From: an uncultured Helicobacter sp.
Lineage (GTDB): Bacteria; Campylobacterota; Campylobacteria; Campylobacterales; UBA6016
Reading direction: 5' to 3'
DNA: 64,000 nucleotides
Assembly: GCA_964630205.1 (NCBI GenBank)
Contig: CAZVTM010000001.1
Span: forward strand, 27,069 to 91,068
In this document: positions 59,850-64,000 of the stretch, piece after piece
Numbering within the stretch: position 1 is the first letter of the stretch
Layout of the letters: each line of letters opens with the position of its first letter
Notes under the pieces: model-generated
Database searches by the model: none
What the model was told of the DNA's origin: nothing
Seen by the model: only the letters and a program-made list of their open reading frames with translations
Made by a program: the position numbers and the translations under genes

Positions 59850-60503
59850 ATGAAACAGCAAAATTTTATCCTAACTGACGTAATACTTCTCGATATAGTC
59901 GGCTTCTCTCTGCTTTCAAATGTGCAACAATATGCGCTTATTACGGCTTTTTCTGAACTTTTTAGGAAAACATTGTCGAATTATGTCCAGCGGTAGGTCT
60001 GCATCTGATTTTATACTTGGGACTATATCTACTGGAGATGGATTCTATACTATTCTTGACCCCTCGCAGAAGGGGTTTGGGGCTATTTATGCTCTTTCTC
60101 TAAAAAATGTTGCAAAAAACTATCCTCTTTTGAGTATTTTAGAGGTGTTAAAGTCGCTTCGCATACAGGCTATCTTATACCTTTCGTCGGAATGGACGGC
60201 AGCAAAAACTTTATAGGCAACGGCATGAATCAGTGTGCTAGATATCTTGAGTTCAAAGTTGATGAACAGTTTGAGGGGTATGAAAACGGATACGCCATTA
60301 TGTCGGTAGAATCACACAGAAGCCTGGAGGCTCTTTTGATGAATAGCAAGACGCTGTATGATAAAGTCGAGCAGCTAAGCGTTCATATAACAGAGGAGAT
60401 AGCTTTTAGGGATAAGCATTCAAAGAGATTTAGAGGTTATTTGATAGATTTGCAAAGCGACTCTATAATAACATTTGCACAAGGCGGCAGGACTACTGCC
60501 TAA
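59850..60503 (+). pseudogene. stand-alone class III nucleotidyl cyclase-domain protein (~217 aa) with two compensating frameshifts
   Basis: Frame 0: MKQQNFILTDVILLDIVGFS (metal Asp block) to stop 59994. Frame 1: ..GTISTGDGFYTILD (second Asp block). Frame 0 again from ~60115: VKVASHTGYLIPFVGMDGSKNFIGNGMNQCARYLE (HTG and N..AR blocks). The shifts are near 59985-59996 and in an A6 run (60102-60107 or 60114-60119). Confidence 0.65.
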
Positions 60504-61773
60504 GCGCCTCGTCTATTAGTTCTATAGGGTTTTTGAATGTCGTATTTACGCCATGTTCATGCATTGCGTTTGTTAGCTGCATTCTGCACGCAGAGCACTC
60601 CGCACTCACATAGTCTGCGCCTGTATCTTCTATCATTTTAGCTTTTGGCGCCCCGGCTTTTTGGGCAAGCTCAAATCTCTCCGTTTGCATCGTTACGCCG
60701 CCAAAGCCGCAACATCTATTTGGATTTTCCATCTCTATAGTTTTGAAGTTTTGTGACAACAACGCCCTAGGCTCTTTCCATACCCCTTGTGTTTTACGCG
60801 CATGGCATGGGTCATGGTAAGTGACTGAATAATTTAGCTGTTTACCGTTGCTCGACAATAGTTCTTTTAGCTCCGTGTTGTCGTGCAGCCATTTTGTGGC
60901 GAGGCTCACCTTCGATATTATCTTTTCACATCTCTCCAGCCATTGTGGTTCGTTTGCCAGCGCTTTTTCCCAGTCGTGAATCATCATTGACGAGCATGTA
61001 GCCTCCGGCACAACTATGGCGTCAATGGTATCTATAAAGCCTTCAAAATACTCTATATTTTTTTTGATGAGATATCTCACCGTATCAAGATCGCCGGTAA
61101 AGTATGCCGGAGCCCCGCAGCAGAGTTGCTTTTTGGGTATCAAAATATCTACGTTTAGTTTTTCGAGGATACGAACCAGGGAATCGCCTATGTTTGTATA
61201 TGAATAATTAGCCATACACCCTATAAATACAGCCACTTTTTGCTTTGGATTTTTGGCCTCTATATGCTCTTGGTGACTATTTAAAAAGCTTGTTTTTGAT
61301 ACCGACGGCAACAGTCTTCCGCTTTTTACTATGGGGAGGTAAAAACGGGGCAACATTGATGATTTTTCTTTTTTGTCGGCAAATACGCATGTTTTGAACA
61401 CATATCCCATCTTTGCCATCAAATCCATGATTGTTCTGTGGCGCAGTAGCCAGAAAAATGCCCGTTTGTACCATGTTATACCAAACTCTTTTGCAATTTC
61501 CGCCCTTACTTCTTCTATTGCCGTATCGGTAGGGAGTTTGGATGGGCATACGTCCACGCAGTTGGTGCATAAAAAACAAGATTCAAATATACGCTTTGTA
61601 TTGTTATCAAGCGGTAATTCGCCTCTTTTGTGTGCCGCCAAAAGGTCGAGAAAGCCCCTTGGACTAGTGGTCTCGTCTGGGCTTATGGCGTGTATTGTAC
61701 AGACCGGAATGCACTTCCCGCACTTTACGCAATCTTCGCCTGTTTTGATTAGGTCTAATAGTTCTTGTTTCAT
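60493..61773 (-). CDS. (Fe-S)-binding oxidoreductase with two 4Fe-4S motifs and two CCG domains (GlcF/GlpC/HdrD-like)
   Basis: 426 aa with CVKCGKCIPVCT and CFLCTNCVDVCP, then two Cys-rich CCG-type regions (CCGAP.., CCGFGG). It is adjacent to hemN, as in C. jejuni from memory. Confidence 0.8.
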   Translation of the reverse strand: MKQELLDLIKTGEDCVKCGKCIPVCTIHAISPDETTSPRGFLDLLAAHKRGELPLDNNTKRIFESCFLCTNCVDVCPSKLPTDTAIEEVRAEIAKEFGITWYKRAFFWLLRHRTIMDLMAKMGYVFKTCVFADKKEKSSMLPRFYLPIVKSGRLLPSVSKTSFLNSHQEHIEAKNPKQKVAVFIGCMANYSYTNIGDSLVRILEKLNVDILIPKKQLCCGAPAYFTGDLDTVRYLIKKNIEYFEGFIDTIDAIVVPEATCSSMMIHDWEKALANEPQWLERCEKIISKVSLATKWLHDNTELKELLSSNGKQLNYSVTYHDPCHARKTQGVWKEPRALLSQNFKTIEMENPNRCCGFGGVTMQTERFELAQKAGAPKAKMIEDTGADYVSAECSACRMQLTNAMHEHGVNTTFKNPIELIDEALRQ

Positions 61774-63140
61774 ACTGTTTTAGAAAACTTATTTTTATTG
61801 GCGTCGTCCGCACTTAGGTATGCGTCAAAGCTCATGGCGATATTCCGCACAACCATTCTTCCGGTTGGAGATATCTCGATACCGTCTCCCGTTAATGTAA
61901 GCAGATTATCCGCCTCAAATTCACCGAGTTTTGAGAGGGCATCCTTGAAATACTCTTTTGAGTTTATCCCAAAAGTCTTATCCAGCGATTCGAACTTAAG
62001 ACCAAAGCTGCCCATTAAGTCCATAATAGCTTTTTTCCTTATTTTGTCGTCTACTGTTAGCGCTATGCCCCTGTGCACAGGAAGTTTGCCGCTATCTATC
62101 ATGGCTTCGTATTCATCCATCTCTTTGTAGTTCTGACTATAGCACCCGTCAAGCTCCGATATACTCGTAAGCCCTACACCAATAAGATCTGAGCCGCCTT
62201 TTGTAGTATAGCCCTGGAAGTTTCTGTTGAGCTCACCTTTGTCTATAGCAAGGAACAGTTCGTCGGTCGGTTTTGCGAAGTGGTCCATCCCTATCATCTT
62301 ATAGCCCATTTCGTTCATGTAGTCTATGGTGAACTTCAAAATAGCTAGTTTTTCGCTAGGGTGGGGCATGGTGGTCTCATCTAGCTTTCTCATCGTTTTT
62401 TTGAGCCACGGCACGTGTGCATAGTTGAATACCGCAAATCTATCCACATCCAAACTAACCGATTTTTTCAACGTCTCTTTGAAACTATCAAGAGTTTGGT
62501 AAGGCAGGCCGTATATAAGGTCCATATTGACGCTTTGTATGCCGTATCTTCTTGCCAAGTCTACCGCCGATTTTGTCAGCTCAAAACCTTGTACTCTATG
62601 CACTGCGGTTTGGACTTTTTCATCAAAATCTTGAACGCCGAAGCTTATGCGGTTAAAACCGCCGTCCGTTAGAGCTTTCATCTGCTCTTCGTTTAAAAAC
62701 CTAGGGTCTATCTCGCACGATATTTCAGCGTCTTTTTCAAAGTTTGTGAAGTATGAGCGGATAAGGGCTATTATCTCTCTGAGCTCATCGGCACTAAAAA
62801 ATGTAGGTGTGCCGCCGCCAAAATGTAGCTGGCTTACAACTCTTTTTGTATCGAGGTGACGAGCCAGTATTTCCATCTCTTTTTTTAAGTATTCGATGTA
62901 TCTTGTTTTTTTATCGTCTTTGCTCGTAAATACTACGTTGCATCCACAAAAATAACATGCCGAGCGGCAAAACGGAAGATGAAAATAAAGCGACATAGGT
63001 TTGCCGGATTGATTGGAAGCCTCTAGTTGTTTTACAAAATCCGCTTCGGTAAATTTTTCTGTGAACTCAACGGCCGTAGGGTAACTGGTGTATCTTGGAC
63101 CAGCTTTTGAATATTTTACAAATTTATCAAAATCTATCAT
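61770..63140 (-). CDS. hemN: oxygen-independent coproporphyrinogen III oxidase (radical SAM)
   Basis: 456 aa with GPRYTSYPTA, HLPFCRSACYFCGC and GGGTPTF. Confidence 0.92.
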   Translation of the reverse strand: MIDFDKFVKYSKAGPRYTSYPTAVEFTEKFTEADFVKQLEASNQSGKPMSLYFHLPFCRSACYFCGCNVVFTSKDDKKTRYIEYLKKEMEILARHLDTKRVVSQLHFGGGTPTFFSADELREIIALIRSYFTNFEKDAEISCEIDPRFLNEEQMKALTDGGFNRISFGVQDFDEKVQTAVHRVQGFELTKSAVDLARRYGIQSVNMDLIYGLPYQTLDSFKETLKKSVSLDVDRFAVFNYAHVPWLKKTMRKLDETTMPHPSEKLAILKFTIDYMNEMGYKMIGMDHFAKPTDELFLAIDKGELNRNFQGYTTKGGSDLIGVGLTSISELDGCYSQNYKEMDEYEAMIDSGKLPVHRGIALTVDDKIRKKAIMDLMGSFGLKFESLDKTFGINSKEYFKDALSKLGEFEADNLLTLTGDGIEISPTGRMVVRNIAMSFDAYLSADDANKNKFSKTV

Positions 63141-63185
63141 TAAAGGCTTCTTTTGGGCTTTTTTAGAGGTGAAATTTTAGCCTTT

Positions 63186-64000
63186 TTAGCCTTTTAGCTG
63201 TTCTAGCCTCTCTTTTTTGCTTCCGATGGATGTTATTTGTACGCCGAAGTTTCCGTCCACTATTACCACTTCGCCTTCGGCTATTTTTTTGTTATCTACG
63301 AGTATGTCGAGAGGCTCGTTGGCAAGCTGATTGAGCTCCACTACCGAGCCTATATCCATATTGATTACATCCCTTAGAAGCATTTTTTTGCTTCCTATTC
63401 GTACTTTTACCGGCAATTTGACATCCATCAAAAGGCCGATATTTTTCATCTCTTCGTTGTTTAGCGGCACTTTTTCCGGCGCTATTATTTTTTGCTCTAC
63501 CGCCGCTTCAAAAGTCTGTACCGGCTCTTTCTTGTTTATCGCATCCTCAAATGCTTTGTCTATAGTGAACATAATAACGTCTTTGAGCTCGTTGACCGCA
63601 AAATTAAAGACGATAAGGGTTGAAAATTTAGAGATATCTATATCTCCACCCTGAGCTACGAATACTATGTTGTCTATAGAAAAATTTAGTTTAGGAAGGC
63701 TCTTTTGTGCGCCCAGGGAGGTCGATAGCGCACCTAGGATATTAGATATTATCTCTTTGTTGGCATCCAAATCGTCCGCATCGGCTTCGTCTTTTGTGGC
63801 GCCTTCGCCGCCTAGTATCATGTCAGATAAAGCTGTTGCAAGCCTAGGGGAGAGCATAACTTTTAGTTTTGCGCTGGCATCGCCGCTAGCGGATACATCG
63901 GCAACAACAAAAGGGGCTATAATGTTCGAGAACTCCGATAACGGCTCTTTTCTTTTTAGCGAGACGTTTGGCTTGTTGCCGATGAGCCCTTCTATGGTGG
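63186..64000 (-). CDS. fliY: flagellar motor switch protein FliY (CheC-like N-domain + FliN-like C-domain), 5' end outside window
   Basis: C-terminal SpoA block (VKVRIGSKKMLLRDVINMDIGSVVELNQLANEPLDILVDNKKIAEGEVVIVDGNFGVQI). The frame stays open upstream of Met 63857 to the window edge (..TIEGLIGNKPNVSL..). Confidence 0.8.
   Translation of the reverse strand, partial: TIEGLIGNKPNVSLKRKEPLSEFSNIIAPFVVADVSASGDASAKLKVMLSPRLATALSDMILGGEGATKDEADADDLDANKEIISNILGALSTSLGAQKSLPKLNFSIDNIVFVAQGGDIDISKFSTLIVFNFAVNELKDVIMFTIDKAFEDAINKKEPVQTFEAAVEQKIIAPEKVPLNNEEMKNIGLLMDVKLPVKVRIGSKKMLLRDVINMDIGSVVELNQLANEPLDILVDNKKIAEGEVVIVDGNFGVQITSIGSKKERLEQLKG

Noticed and set aside
59920-60503. ORF-track entries 59920-60216 and 60192-60503 read as two independent small genes.
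   Set aside because: Their translations carry consecutive blocks of one class III cyclase domain, whose first block is in a third ORF starting at 59850. They are better explained as one frameshifted gene.
1-64000. All frameshifts being homopolymer sequencing errors.
   Set aside because: Not excluded, but disfavoured. Several lesions are not in homopolymers: nifV ~3810, nifB ~3230, pirin, the TAA at 8822 and the in-frame deletions. Both +1 and -1 events occur. Long core ORFs with comparable A/T runs are intact. Read-level data are needed for a decision.
1-64000. CRISPR arrays, tRNA/rRNA/tmRNA genes, IS elements, integrases, prophage or toxin-antitoxin modules, and poly-G/C phase-variation tracts of 8 nt or more.
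   Set aside because: None was recognised on either strand by eye. Intergenic space is almost nil (largest gaps ~170 nt). The absence of tRNA or small RNAs cannot be guaranteed without tRNAscan/Infernal.

Overview
This is a gene-dense (about 78 genes) chromosomal segment of a Campylobacterota genome, most likely of the Campylobacter type. TTG/GTG starts and 4-nt gene overlaps are frequent. The block glnA / CheZ-like / U32 / purE / hyp / HAD / glyQ / Nif3 / Zn-ribbon / waaA / DUF167 / RluA-type / ffh / rpsP / KH / rimM / trmD / rplS (9.2-23.5 kb) matches, from memory, the C. jejuni Cj0699c-Cj0714 order. The accD-rlmH-dksA-membrane protein-dus block matches in the same way. Other core genes present are gltBD, uvrA, pcrA, lepA, prs, luxS, mnmA, smpB, ispE, csrA, truB, recO, lgt, hemN, and fliN/fliO-like/fliY. 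I recognised no rRNA, tRNA, CRISPR, IS or prophage genes.

I found no new intact system. The main signal is a set of decaying accessory modules inside an intact core:
(i) a relic nif/FeMo-cofactor islet at 1.1-5.2 kb, with a truncated clpX paralogue, a His-rich NifX-like protein, a ferredoxin, a sigma54-type promoter, a frameshifted nifB, a triply frameshifted nifV and a BFD-like protein;
(ii) a PAS-LytTR regulator with an in-frame stop;
(iii) a damaged dehydratase plus activator-ATPase pair;
(iv) a frameshifted Sel1-repeat secreted protein;
(v) a MarR-headed six-gene cluster (DODA dioxygenase, YceI, pirin, methyltransferase, PhnA) with three damaged members;
(vi) an orphan class III nucleotidyl-cyclase gene with two compensating frameshifts.

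Seven of the 12 frameshifts sit in A/T runs of 5-8 nt. Other notable points are a 64-aa hyper-acidic protein translationally coupled to luxS, a waaA membrane anchor with no canonical start codon, and candidate MarR and LysR operators. All family calls come from motif recognition by eye, and no searches were run.
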